Positions 11,226 through 23,626 of a DNA stretch of 39,485 nt are shown here, one piece after another (within the stretch, counting starts at the first letter, position 1; every line of letters starts with the position of its first letter). Below the pieces are notes generated by a model. It was given only the letters and a program-made list of their open reading frames with translations. It searched no databases and was not told where the DNA came from. The stretch is from Phoronis australis (Eukaryota; Animalia; Phoronida): contig NMRA01000234.1 in NCBI GenBank assembly GCA_002633005.1, positions 514,482-553,966 on the forward strand, read 5' to 3'. The position numbers and the translations under genes were made by a program.

Positions 11226-14200
11226 CTAAAAATATGATGTCCATGTCAGTTGTAATACAAATTTTAGATGATGGCTACATAGGCGTATCTGCACTTGGAT
11301 GCTCGTTTTGGGAGCATAGGTTTTCCCGAATACAGGGGTAGCAGAATCCTCACACCAATGCCTCCCCGGTCTGTTGCCACTTGTTTACCACTGATCCCCG
11401 GTCGCTCTGCATTCCACCCGTCTCTCACTCGCCGCCAAATTCACATTCTTGTCACATCTCTTACAAAATCTCTGTATTTTTTAACAGAGGCTCCGCTGCT
11501 CCTATTATTTTGTTTTAATTTTCGTTAATTTTATTCCGCCCAGAGCCTGAGCTAGACCGGTCTCAGATAGGGGTACACGTACCGTTCATAAGGTCGATGG
11601 AACACATGCGGAGATAAATGTTTTGCGTCGAATTTATTGACTGTTCCCGTAACATTTATTTCAGGCCACGATAAGCTCTGATTTTCGCGAGGGTGCAATT
11701 ACCTTTTCCCAAGCCTTGGGGCGGATCCATGATGTGTTAGGGGACCATTGTATACCTATACATTAACGATTGGGAGCCAATATGCTATAAAAACGCGTTC
11801 ACATCAGTGAAATGTGTCAGTGTGTATACCAAAGAAAAAAACGTATCTAGACAAAGTTGGACTGACCAAACTGCAGTACGTCACTCGCGGTTAAATATCG
11901 CAAGTACAACGAAGTTGAGTTTCGTTCTCACCAAAGATAGACGCTAATTGTCAATCAATTGGTAAGCGCTAATTGTCACAGAGATAGCTGAAGTCACATG
12001 TCCAAAGTGATGTCTTCCCGAGCACTTTTTGACAGCTGATCCCACAACTGGGCGTCTTGGCACATTACTGTTCCCCCATCTGATTTGGTTTCCGGGATCT
12101 AAAGATTGTCTACAATGACCCCTCCCGCCGAGTGCCCGCCAGTATCCCATGTGTCTCTATTCTCCTTTGGATATCCTTGTGTCATCGCTCAATATTTGAA
12201 TACCGTAAAACGAAATCAAGTCGGGGAAATGTCGAATTACACAAACCCTCGACTTTGGAATGCTGAGTATTCAGACAAAGCAGATTCAGCTTTCAAGAAA
12301 AATCCCTGGCTATTTTTGGGCGGTGCATTCCTCAATATTCAAGATGCTACCTTTACGGTAATGGTGTTCGCCGGTGATCGGGGTTCGTACAGTGATCTTT
12401 TTTACAGCCCTTATTTCTCGTTCTTCGTTGAAGAAAAATAAACCTAGTGTGTGGAAGTATGTTGCCAAGACCTCACCTAGTAATATAGACGAATCCGGAA
12501 ACCAGGAAACGCTCTTAATCTTCGAGTTCACTAAAGTTCTGCCTTTCCAGTCTACTTATACCTGTAACGTTTTAGAACACCTGGTCCGAAAGTTTTTCTT
12601 TTTGTGTAACTTTGACCATAACAATCACCTTGTCCAGCTTTACGGACTATTAAATGTAACACAATCAAGGTAATTTTTGGCGCCACTTTCGGACCGATTT
12701 TCCAACAAATCGATGAATTAGCTCCCACCCCCACAAAGTCCACAAAACAAACGTGGTAGCCTACCAAAGGAAGTTAAGAAATAGCACACATAAGCGACTT
12801 TTCGGGAACAAATAAGTGACTTGAAGAAATCATTGTCAACCAGGGCGCTCCATTGGGAATCTCAGCACGCTAATTCATTATCTCTGTGACTGCTCGGTCA
12901 AATTAATTAGAAACACAACATATAGACTATGGGAATATGAAGTACGGTGAAGCTTGCAAATTGTTTTTAAGAACGAATTTTTGTGTCGAAAATGGTCCGC
13001 CGTATATCACTCAACCGTGTCCAGTACGTATCGTGACGTGGAGTTGGGGAATAACACTGCATGACGCGAGCTATGTGAGCTCCCAAGGTAGTGCAAAGGT
13101 CACTATTTGCAGATTTTTTATTTTCACATTTACAAGCTGTCTGTGAACACAACTGCACTTTGTTTAACATGAGATGCTGTTCAAATAGCACTGCCGTTTA
13201 GTTCCTACTATACATTAGCATAGGAGAAGCACGCAAAAACATCTGCAAGGAAGCGACGAAAACTGTGATATCAAAGACAACTTTGCCGAAACGAAATGAT
13301 CAGAAATTAATTTTCTATTCCTTGCTTAAAAACTATTCGAAAATGAAACCAGTTTGGATAATTTGTTACGTATTAACATGCATGTAACTTGGTAGGGAAG
13401 GACTTTGTTGAAGAATCAAGTGGTTTTCGTAGCTTCAGATGGCTATCAATCATGATGCAGGAACGTCAAATAGTACAATACTATGCTAAACATCCTGGCT
13501 CAACATATTTTCATACACGCGCAGTTCATGCACAAGCACACATTCGCACGCGCATACACAAACGCCCATATACATACGACATCTCTTTTCATTAAGATGT
13601 CATGTCATTAAAACCGTGAATATTTAAATTTGTAGCAGTCACCACCTAGTGACTTCCTGGAATCGTTATTTGACAGTGAAATAACAAATTAAAACTGCCT
13701 TGCTTCATTAGGGTAATGGTGAAATATTACCATACTCATTTACATAAAAATAGTCTCGCAAAACGAAACTTTCCCGAGATTGCAATGGTAACTGGTTCTC
13801 GGGTGCCGGGTTTCCGGCACCCTGGGGAACTCGGGGATGTTTCTAAATTAGTACGTCATTTGCATATTCACAATTTAACGATAGTTAGCCTCTTTAATAC
13901 CTGAGGAATTTGTAAATGCGTATACGACAATTGCAAGCAAATGAAGGAATTTTATTATATTCGTTGTCCCCGTGTGCAGTATACTATTCTAGGGAAGACA
14001 CGTACACAACACAAGCCATGCAACCGTTGTGTTCGTCAAAGTTAACAAGCTATAACTGGCTATGAATCCTGCAGATTACAGACAACAGTTCTTTTTACAA
14101 TGACTTAAAAACAGGATTTTTAACTTTTAGGTATCATTAAGGATGAGCTAGGATTTGATGCTAATTATCTGCGTACAAACATAAACTACTCCATCACAAA

Positions 14201-14307
14201 ATCACATGCACTTCTTTGAGCTCATACTTATGGAAATATAACAAAAATATCCGCGATAAGTCGGCTTTTATTCTTCGAGTTCGAGCGTCCAGTAGTCCTA
14301 TACTTAC

Positions 14308-14481
14308 CCCTACGATAGGCTCGTTGCAGTACGAGCATCTAGGTGCAAACAAGTTGTGGTAATCTTTGGAGCAATATGGCTGACCATCCTTCTCAAAGAA
14401 ACTTCCGGTACCCAACTTTCCCTTGCAGTAGTAACACGTGAAGTGGTCCGGATGCCATGTTTTCCCCATGGCCGTGATCAC
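14308..14481 (-). CDS. Paxillin-family LIM protein, coding exon 2 (LIM1 and start of LIM2)
   Basis: Acceptor ttttgtcctggcag, then [58 protein letters not shown], donor gtaagt. 174 nt, phase 0 at both ends. Very close to paxillin/leupaxin/Hic-5 LIM1. Confidence 0.95.
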
Positions 14482-15025
14482 CTGCCAGGACAAAACGTTT
14501 CAAATAAGTTTGCATTTATTTCTCAGGACATTATCGGTTTTACTGTCGAAAAACGAATTTTTGGGATTGTTGCTGGGTAGGATAAACTTCTTGAAGTAAT
14601 TAGCTTTTACCAGAACTATAAAACAATAAAATTATGAGATTACTACAAGTCGCCAATTCTCCACTTTGCGTGCCAGACATTTGCTGAAATCAAGACCAGT
14701 GACTTTTAGCAATTAAATTCGGCTTAAAATAATTCTCCATTTACATAGTGGGATCCAGCTCCGCCACCAGGGCGTTAGACTGTGACTGCGGAAGTTCCAG
14801 ATTCGATTTCGCGATGTGGATGGTCCCTAAAAATACTTTTGGCTTTAATGGTTCTATCGCCGACAATGTCACTTTAAAATCAATGAGAACCGCCACGTGT
14901 CTTTCATCAAGGATCACTGCTAAAACTGTTGCTTTGTAGCAACCTCTGCTTTTACGGTCAGGCGGGAGTCACATTTGGTACACAATTTACGCGACCACAA
15001 AGTCAACAGATTTTTCATTTCTTAC

Positions 15026-15067
15026 CTGTCCAATTATTGCTTGGTTACACTTGGCGCATTCACCCAT
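15026..15067 (-). CDS. Paxillin-family LIM protein, first coding exon (MGECAKCNQAIIGQ)
   Basis: ATG in strong context (AGCATGG) with an in-frame TAG six codons upstream (15085-15083). Supplies the first CxxC of LIM1. Donor CAG|gtaaga joins exon 2 in frame. Confidence 0.88.
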
Positions 15068-15807
15068 GCTTCGTTTTATTGCCTATCGTTCCCTCTGATT
15101 ATAAGTCCATCAGAGTGACGCGCCTTGATGCAAGAAACGTCATCAATTTTGACGCTATTGTTGACGTAAGAATTACAAAACAACATGTCTTGTCTTTTTC
15201 TTCAGTTGTTGCAGTTATGAAGACAAAGCCATTTATGTTCATAGAAAAATACGTATTTTACGTAGTGCTGGCAAAACAGGCTTTAAAATAAGTCCTCAGT
15301 CAGACAGATTGTTAAATACGTGTATGTAAAAATATACGTATTTCAGTTACTCGCAAGTCTTGTCTTATGTGCGGACTGGATTTTGAAGAACAACTTCTTC
15401 GATAAGGCATGTTTATGCCGTAAGGCAAACTTTACCTATGCATATCACGAATGCAAAATAGTGGGCAACGTATAATCGAGAAAAGTTGGATAGTAGTTTT
15501 GAATCATACGTAAAAATGCCTTTGTTATCGAAAGAGAAACTAAAGTTTTCACAATGGGTGAGTGAGACAAAATATAGCCTTTAAACTATGTGCGCACATC
15601 CGCCACGTTGCCAACAGCTACCCAACACCAATCACATCCTTAGACATTATATCAACCCTCCAGATGAAATTCTTGGTGAAAAATAAAGGAATCAAAATAC
15701 TGAAATAAGCCCCAGGAGTTTTGAACAGTTTATTTTCTTAACCTTGTTCTATAAGTCAGCCATTATTCTGCCCTCCTGCCTCTCCATTCCTCCCTCCCCT
15801 CACTCCA

Positions 15808-16020
15808 GGAGACGCTGTGGTTCAGTGATTTGTGGTAGCTCAGGACTCCCGTTTGGGAGACCCGGGTTCGAATCTTGACTTTATTGGCAGACAATTGAGC
15901 ATTGCACAAAGGCATCTCCTACTCCTCTGAGCTTGGTCTTACTAGTGAATGTGTGAAAGGGAGAGAATGAGAACCTGGATATAATGCGAAAGCAATTTCT
16001 GGGGCTGTGCTCATATTTTT
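15808..16020 (+). mobile_element. tRNA-derived SINE
   Basis: A-box-like TGGTTCAGTGA and B-box GGTTCGAATC (15865-15874) in a tRNA-like head, followed by a non-tRNA body. The 3' boundary is approximate. Confidence 0.6.
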
Positions 16021-16589
16021 TTTCTCTCCAGGCTTCCTCCCTCCCGTTGGAAACCCAAACACATTTACCATATGAAATATTTATTTACTTCACTAAAACG
16101 AGAATTATTGGGCCCCCAAATTCCGAAAGTCTCTCTTCAGTTTGCCTTTAGACCTGTGCAGCAGAAGCATAGTAAAACATTTAATAAATAGCCAAATAGT
16201 ACACAACTCCATTCTCCTGACATGTTTCGATGTACACTCCTCATTCTCAAAGGGATAAGGACCAGGGCAAGGTAACAAGTCAAAGGTCATGCCGGTATGA
16301 GACATGATAGGTCAGATACATAATGGTAAACAAGCCTCTACCGTAGACAATGACTTCAAAACAAAGTGAAACCAAGGTAGTGTATTTACACATCATCAGG
16401 GATGGTTTTACCTAATGAATCAGTATTCTCCAGTCTATCGTTTGTCCTGGCACTGTCCAAGATAACTGGACGTACACTGAGTAGTCTGACATGCATTCTG
16501 GATGATATCTAGGACTATAATGTTCATATTACTCCCAGATGATATGCAGATGTTTTAAATATTAGAACCTCTCTAATTGAACACATGCT

Positions 16590-19500
16590 CAACCCGCGAT
16601 CGCGAACGGCCGGGGAAGGCGATCGAGAGCGAAACCTTGCAGGCAGACGAGAGTGACGTGCCCAGTGAGTTTAAGTGTCATTTTCCTCTTAATTAGAGGC
16701 TACTTTGGTACGAATGCGACTCACAGAAAAGCGTCAGAGTGTAGCCATTGTTGTGGATCTGAAATTATACTTGGCTTTTGTTTATTTTTAAAATAAAGAG
16801 CTCAGAAAGCAATGGCTTTCGGTAAAGTGCCTGGCGCCTCGTAAAATCGACAATTTCTACTTGTTACTAACAATTCCAGGGTTCTTAAGTAGAGACGTGT
16901 GACGTTTATAGTTTAATCGTCCCTGGAGACACCTTTGTTAGTTATGATCTTTGAAACAATTCGAGATATTTACCAATACAAGCAGGTCTTAGTGTGAGAC
17001 AGCGATCGGGAACGAACTCGTTAATTCTCTATAGCGATCGTGAACGCAAAAAAGCGATCGTGAACGCACATTTTTTTTCTCTGCATTGGCCTGAATAGTC
17101 GTTCAAGTTACGGTATTATGTCAAGAAATTTAGAATAATACGGACCCTGAGTTAGTTGATGGGTTAATTATTAATTACATTTCATCGTTTTTTTCATGAT
17201 TTCTTTGTGAGATTTAGCCTAACAAACATAACTGAATGCGTTTAATTTTTTTCACTTGAACTGTAGCCACACGACAAGTCCTTCAGGGTGTTAAAGTCCA
17301 CGCCTTCAAAAAAGAGTAGCACAACTGCTGCATGTCACAAAGGAATGTATGTGTGTGTATGTTGTGGAGCTTCGTTCAGGAACTAAGAAATCGACTTAGT
17401 ATGACCAAATGGCAATAAAACACAGTGACACTACAGCAAGCAAGACCTTTACCAGCCCTGTGATTGACGCGTTGCATGCGTCATCAGTTTTTTTACCGAT
17501 AGGAAAACAACATGAAGCATCGTGCTCAGGGACCAAGTCGATTCAGTGTCCTATCTGTGATCAACGTTTCACGGAAAGAGTGAGCCTGACGCGACACACT
17601 GCGTCACAGCACGAGGTGAGTGTGGCATGTCATGCAAACAGTATGCCTCCTTCTACAGACATAAGAAGCAGAAACGTCATGAAAGAAATCATTAAGTCCA
17701 GTGGAGAAGGTTGTTAAGTCAATATAGTTTATTCAGATTTACAGAGTTTATGGTTAGTAATTGTCTGATGTGATATTATTTGACGTTTCGTTTTGAACCT
17801 TTTTTCCTCAAGTTTCTTTCTATGTTTGAGTTATTTCAATAGGATCTTTAACAGAATCAGTGCATTTTTGTACTCTTTAGGTAGATTTAAATGACCATAC
17901 TAAGTGTCATTGGGCAATACTTACATACAATTGTATTTGACCAATTAGTATTTTAAAAAAGAATATATGTCTATGATTATTGTAGAAATTGCTTTCATAT
18001 TGTTATTGATTTCTTTACCTGTGAGAGACTATCATACGATCAATCAGTCCGAAATACATTGTCTATGATTCAGTGATGATTTAGTCTAACACATTCCAAA
18101 AGTTATTCGTAGGAAATATTCAATGGGTTTGTTATGTTGATTTCCCTAAAACAATATTCTATATATTTTTGTATGACCAATTTTGAGGTATGTGTGATAA
18201 AAAATTAATATTATAATAGAAATGTTATAATATCGTTGTTGATTTCCTGTGTAAATCACTACAGTGTGTAGTTGAAGTGAGGTTAAAAACAACATGTTGA
18301 CCACGTTTCGAGAGAATCACAATATAGTATGTGTATTATAACTGTCTCAATCTTTTTCAATGTCACACTGCAGATCATGAACTGAAGATGCACCGTGAAC
18401 TTCGGACCAAGACTACAAAACAGAAGAATCAAACACAACGTACATTCAAGCCACACGGGTGCCACAAGTCAATCTGTTCACCTCTGTATCGATGTTATCA
18501 GTAAAACATCAAGTAAATTCCCACCCGTTTATCAGCACATCAGTTTACACAACTTCTGGCAATTTCTTGAATCTCAGACATTCAAGAGCGGGAATCTTTG
18601 AATCATCTCGTGAATGGTGTTACCGCACTCCTCTCTCTCCCCATGGGCAAGCTCGTCATCATTCTGTGACTTCACTGGCTATTTGTTTTTTTTCTTTTGC
18701 TGTCACTATTTTGCAAGACGATTTGACACTTGCTTTCATCTGCTGCAACAATTTATTGTTTACCTTTGGCTGACATGCCACATTGGAACAACTCCTGGGT
18801 GAGCCTTCAGTTTAGAATCCCTTGTTCCCAGGGGTTTCGTCTAAAAGTAGATGTCTGTATTTCAAAACCATGGTAGGGTGTACCTTCACGTCGTGGGTAA
18901 CATGTTCGGTAAAGCTCGCCTCACAATAACAGTGAACTTGTTTCCTGAAATGAAAATAAATTCATTTGTGAAAATATTTATAACTAAAATAGTATGCTTG
19001 GTGTACATGTAGTGCTTATGGGGATTTACTGATAATATGCCATGCTATTGTTTAGTTTTGATACGAAAGTAACACAGTAATTACGCAAAATGTGATTAAT
19101 TCATTGCACCACACTTAGTTTGTAACCTTTTTCACGTTTTATAAGTAAAAAGTTCATTATTACACCACGATGCGTTCCCGATCTCATGAACAAAACACAA
19201 ACTTCCCGATCGCTTATCTTTGCATTCTCCGCTTTCAACACAAAAATGTCGAAAATTCAGAGATCCTGACAAAACTACTAAAAACCAAGTGTTGCGTTAT
19301 ATTTTCAAACGTCATTTCTTCATAACTTCATGGTCAATTTATTGATTTAGTGTCAAAATAACCGCAATTTTCCAAAATGACATACAAATCACCTTCGGCT
19401 CATGCGATGCCTCGGTTAACGTGATTTCTTTTCGCCAATAATTAGGAGAGACACTAGCCTAAACCTCTACCTGCCCTTCCTCAATGTGTTACGCCTTGAA

Positions 19501-19631
19501 CTCATGTCTCCGTTTTCACATTGGAAGCAAAAACAACGAAAATTCATCAAATTTACTCATCTTGCCCGGCTTTGCATCTCGCGCCAAATTTCGTTCTCGA
19601 TCGCCTTCCGGGCGTTCTCGATCTCGGGTTG
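16590..19631. mobile_element. Decayed long-TIR DNA transposon with C2H2 zinc-finger remnants (MULE- or Sola-like, unassigned)
   Basis: Left end CAACCCGCGATCGCGAACGGCCGGGGAAGGCGATCGAGAGCGAAA is the imperfect reverse complement of 19589-19631. GCGATCG(G/T)GAACG subterminal repeats at about 17000-17070 are mirrored at about 19170-19215. No TSD identified. Confidence 0.7.
17267..17615 (+). pseudogene. Disrupted C2H2 zinc-finger exon inside the TIR element
   Basis: One intact finger, IQCPICDQRFTERVSLTRHTASQHE, ends at a gtgagt donor. An upstream finger (YVCVCCGASF...) is broken by a frameshift or stop. Candidate acceptor ctgtag at 17261-17266. Confidence 0.6.
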
Positions 19632-20508
19632 GCCGGGGTGTGCTCAGATATACGTGTATCAGCCAACATAACAGGCACCACAGTATGGGCAGCGAAAAGG
19701 TTCAAAATAGACAACACTGCCAAATAAACAAGTTAGTTTTCAAACAGACAGGTTATTTGGTTCAGTTTTGGCAAACAGACAGGTTATTTGGTTAAATTTC
19801 TACAAACAGACAGGTTATTTGGTTAAATTTCGACAAACAGACAGGTTATTTAGCGAACGAACAAGTTAGTTGCGCCAAACAGACAGGTTACTCGGGCCGA
19901 ACGAACAGGTTACTTGTCGAACGAACAGGTCACTTCTACCAAANTTGTAACCTTTTTCACGTTTTATAAGTAAAAAGTTCATTATTTCACCACGATGCGT
20001 TCCCGATCTCATAAACAAAACACAAACTTCCCGATCGCTTATCTTTGCATTCTCCGCTTTCAACAGAAAAATGTCGAAAATTCAGAGATCCTGACAAAAC
20101 TACTAAAAACCAAGTGCTGCGTTATATTTTCAAACGTCATTTCTTCATAACTTCATGGTCAATTTATTGATTTAGTGTCAAAATAACCGCAATTTTCCAA
20201 AATGACATACAAATCACCTTCGGCTCATGCGATGCCTGGGTTAACGTGACTTCTTTTCGCCAATAATTAGAAGAGACACTAGCCTAAACCTCTACCTGCC
20301 CTTCCTCAATGTGTTACGCCTTGAACTCATGCCTCCGTTTTCACATTGGAAGCAAAAACAACGAAAATTCATCAAATTTACTCATCTTGCCCGGCTTTGC
20401 TTCTCGCGCCAAATTTCGTTCTCGATCGCCTTCCGGGCGTTCTCGATCTCGGGTTGGCCGGGGTGTGCTCAGATATACGTGTATCAGCCAACATAACAGG
20501 CACCACAG
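19120..20508. repeat. 564-bp near-identical duplication (19120-19683 and 19945-20508) abutting an N
   Basis: Offset 825 with about nine substitutions counted by eye. The second copy begins immediately after the n at 19944. Confidence 0.9.
19720..19943. repeat. Minisatellite or subterminal repeat array with (A/G)AACAGACAGGTTA core and 31-bp period
   Basis: CAAACAGACAGGTTATTT recurs at 19741, 19772, 19803 and 19834, then as 20-22-bp variants (CGAACGAACAGGTTA) up to the N. Confidence 0.85.
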
Positions 20509-20559
20509 CCACATGTGAGCGTGTGAACAAAGGCAGACGATATTTAGGCGAAAACAGAC

Positions 20560-21140
20560 TACTGAAAGCTAGTGAAAGTTCAACGAATTTTCAGATCAAC
20601 ACATTAATGTTAAAACGTTTTGGATACGGTTCAGCACAATTGTATAAAACTGTCCTACTTATAAGACACTGCAGTGTTTTACTGATAAACCACCCTCTCC
20701 AACACTATACCGGTATTGTGTGTCAGCCCAGAAAGATAATCAGCATGTAGTTTATCAATCAGAGTAGCTGGAAACTGATTTTTCTGTAGTATTGACAGAC
20801 AAATCCTTGGCTCATACTGATTTTTCTGTAGTATTACAGACAAATCCTTGGCTCATACTGATTTTTCTGTAGTATTACAGACAAATCCTTGGCTCATACC
20901 GATTTTTCTGTATTTTTTTGCTTGCCACAAATCTTGTAAGCCCTGTCTATTATATTTCTGATCAGTCCCAATTCGTAGCTGTAAGCAGTAAAGTTGAAAA
21001 AGTGGTCAACAAACCAGTGTAAGACTTTTTTCTATAGACACTTGTTAACAAACTATCACCATCGCCAGTAAATTGGACACCAAGAAATGGAATAAACGAC
21101 TGGGGTTCATCCTCCACGGTGAAACTTATGTTGATATGAC
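20560..21140 (-). mobile_element. Penelope-like retroelement fragment (RT C-terminal region)
   Basis: INISFTVEDEPQSFIPFLGVQFTGDGDSLLTSVYRKKSYTGL matches the PLE pattern I.FT.E.E....PFLD......T.VYRK.T.TG. Frameshifted. Boundaries approximate. Confidence 0.75.
20774..20912. repeat. 41-bp tandem repeat, about 3.4 copies
   Basis: ACTGATTTTTCTGTAGTATTACAGACAAATCCTTGGCTCAT at 20774, 20816 and 20857, partial at 20898. Confidence 0.92.
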
Positions 21141-21809
21141 GCCTATATTCATGCATATGTCTGCTCATGTGTCTAACAGAGGTTCTAACATCTGCAAAGA
21201 TCGGCATGTCATCCAGAATGCATGTCAGAATACTCAGTGTCCAGTTTTAGTATCCGTTGGACAGTGCGAGGACAGACTATAGACAAACTTTAGTAAGGAG
21301 GCCTCACTGTAGTCATTGGATAAAACCATTCCTGAATGTCATTGAAGTGCACCAACTTGGTTTCACATTGTTTTGAGGTTATTGTCCACGGTAGAGGCTG
21401 ACCATTATGTTCTTGACCTATCACGTGTCACTGACATCTGCATGACATTTTAGTTGTTACCTTGATCTTTGCATCGTATGTTGGTTATTGTACCTTTGAG
21501 AATGAGGGGTGTAGCTCGAAATATGTGAGGAAAATGAAGCTGTGTACTATTGGCTTCGAAATACACCAATCGGCGATCACACAAGTTTAACTCATGACGG
21601 TTACGATGCGTCTTTGCAAAAATGCCTCTCAGACCGATTCTTTAAATTTTCTGGTCTAAAACCTAACATGGAAAAACTGTATTCAGACAGGGGCCACAAA
21701 ATATAGGGACATTAAGCCTATGCTCAGATAGAAACATATGGAGGGAAACCATGTTTTGCTCTTTTGGTATGAAATTTAGTGTTAAGATGCCTTAACTGAT
21801 TACTTTAAA

Positions 21810-22045
21810 TTAATTTGTTAATTTTGACGAGAAATCTCGGGTTGTCTGCAACCGTACCTCAAGAGTCTTGCTTGATGAACAAAAATGACAAAAAGAAAAT
21901 GAAGCAATCAAATTAGGCTTGGTTTGATAACTACAACACTCGTAAAAAATTAAGTTGAGAAGCCAGTAGGACTGAAATTCACCGTGGAAACTCTCAGTAT
22001 ACATTGGTCACGCGCGGGAGTTGGCTCTCCAGGGCTTGAGGTGCC
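21810..22045. mobile_element. Right-end fragment of the same TIR family as 5478-7089
   Basis: Aligns with 6840-7080 (ACCTCAAGAGTCT...TTGATGAACAA...TTTGATAACTACAAC...GGGAGTTGGC). Confidence 0.7.
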
Positions 22046-22494
22046 ACCTAAAGTAAATAATCAAATTCTAAGGAATGCTTGCTTTCAGAAAATATGTAAA
22101 CTTTTGCTTAGTTAGATTCTACATTTTTTTAGACATTTAAAAACTTCGGGATGCCGTTTTCCCTGAACGTACGTAGGCATTTTGTTCCTGCGTAAATCTA
22201 GTTGCCTCATCCCCCTGCACTTACACCCTTACAGCCTGTAACCTTTGTATATTGCCTACAACAGTGTGAGCGGATAATACTCATTCCAGTCGGTGACGTG
22301 CTACGCCCATTTTGCTTAACGTAAGCTTTTCATCCACATACACTCGCACAATAGGTCAGTAGCCAACCAGTTTGATCTAAGACGCCCGGGTGTCATTCAA
22401 CCAAACGTCTGTTACGATATACTGCAAGCACATCTTCGTTCATCTGTGAGTGCGAGGCATACTTTCTGAGGCGAAGGCTGAAAAGCAAACGATC

Positions 22495-22508
22495 ATGATA
22501 ATCGAGTA
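22495..22508 (+). CDS. Phosphatidylinositol transfer protein (class I, PITPalpha/beta-like), first coding exon MIIE(Y)
   Basis: ATC ATG ATA ATC GAG TA|gtaagt. The phase-2 donor joins the T at 30541 to give MIIEYRILLPLTVEEF, matching PITP M..KEYRVILPVSVDEY. Confidence 0.8.
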
Positions 22509-23626
22509 GTAAGTGTTGTTTCTGTTCTCGTTTATTTGTTTTGTGCAGTGCTTGGGTTCATAGAGAGAGTTTTAGTGCTACACATATTATACTGAACATG
22601 GCTACTGGAAGCGCTGGACAGTGGCTATGGAGACATTTGGACAGTGCACGTAGGGCTAGCTGCCGCAAATTTATCACTGGATTAGATAGTGTATCAGAGA
22701 TCTTAGGCTACATGTAACTAACAGTACTGAAACACAGTGCTTCAACAAGTTGAAACCTGCCTCAAAGGTGGGTCGCTTGCCATTGTACATAATTACTGGC
22801 CCAAGCATCGGAAGGGTGGACCGCTTGCTATTATCAGCCCCAGCCTATAGGAGCTGAAAAGGGCAAAAATTGCTAATAACACACTTTAGGTAACACAAGA
22901 TTTTCTATGCAAATTTTCCCATTGCAAATACACTCAAAAATGAAATTAACTGCATCATTCAACCAAACTGACATAATTACGACCACCTTAGTATTTTTCC
23001 GCCAGATGTCAAAGCTAGGTCGCCTGTATACAAGTCTAAGTAATTTGTTCGACTATACCAGACTCACTAATGCGCGTCATTCATACATTACCCGGCTAAT
23101 AGCCAACATTAGGAGGTTAAAAATTACGGATGTAAACCCTGATATGGGTGGAGTTCAATAGCTGTCTCACAGCGAGAAAATCTATCAACAATCCCGTGCT
23201 CTCATTAAAAATACATGACAATAATTCGCAGAATCTGGCGTGATCTTGCTTTAATAGCGAGGTACTAGGGTTATTTAGAACTCGATCGACTCAGGTGCCA
23301 CAATGGGCATGATCTTTTGACTTTGTACATCTATGTGTGTGATATTGATGAAGAGTCATTTATACTCGCTTTCATACTGCTTCGTTTAAGGTGTCTCAAC
23401 TACACAAGTGAAAAAAAACAATTTCAATAGAATTCAAACGCCACAAGACTTCCCAAAAACGCATTGCCTAATTATAAAATCGTCTAGAGGATCCAAGTTA
23501 TCTCCGATCATCAAAAACCCTAGATTGGAAGGTCAACTGAAAGATGTTTATGAGAACAGACCAGACACAATCTATTACTCATGCGCAGTGTCCTTCTCTA
23601 TTGTTTCATGGTATGTTGACGTGTTG

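Noticed and set aside
11944-12770. Cluster of overlapping ORFs in paxillin-like intron 2 as a nested gene
   Set aside because: No recognisable domain and no consistent frame or splice structure. Probably decayed repeat.
15808-15880. tRNA gene
   Set aside because: A and B boxes are present, but there is no convincing acceptor stem or cloverleaf and the sequence continues into a SINE-like body.
19679-19715. Transib/RSS-like terminus (CACAGT...)
   Set aside because: CACAG is also present in the insertion-free copy, the heptamer is imperfect, and no nonamer or partner end is visible.
19720-19943. CRISPR-like pattern of a constant ~18-nt repeat with variable intervening bases
   Set aside because: The intervening segments are only about 2-13 nt and related to each other, there are no cas genes, and the context is eukaryotic. 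It is a minisatellite or subterminal array.
20774-20912. 41-bp direct repeats as a CRISPR array
   Set aside because: Head-to-tail copies with no spacers.
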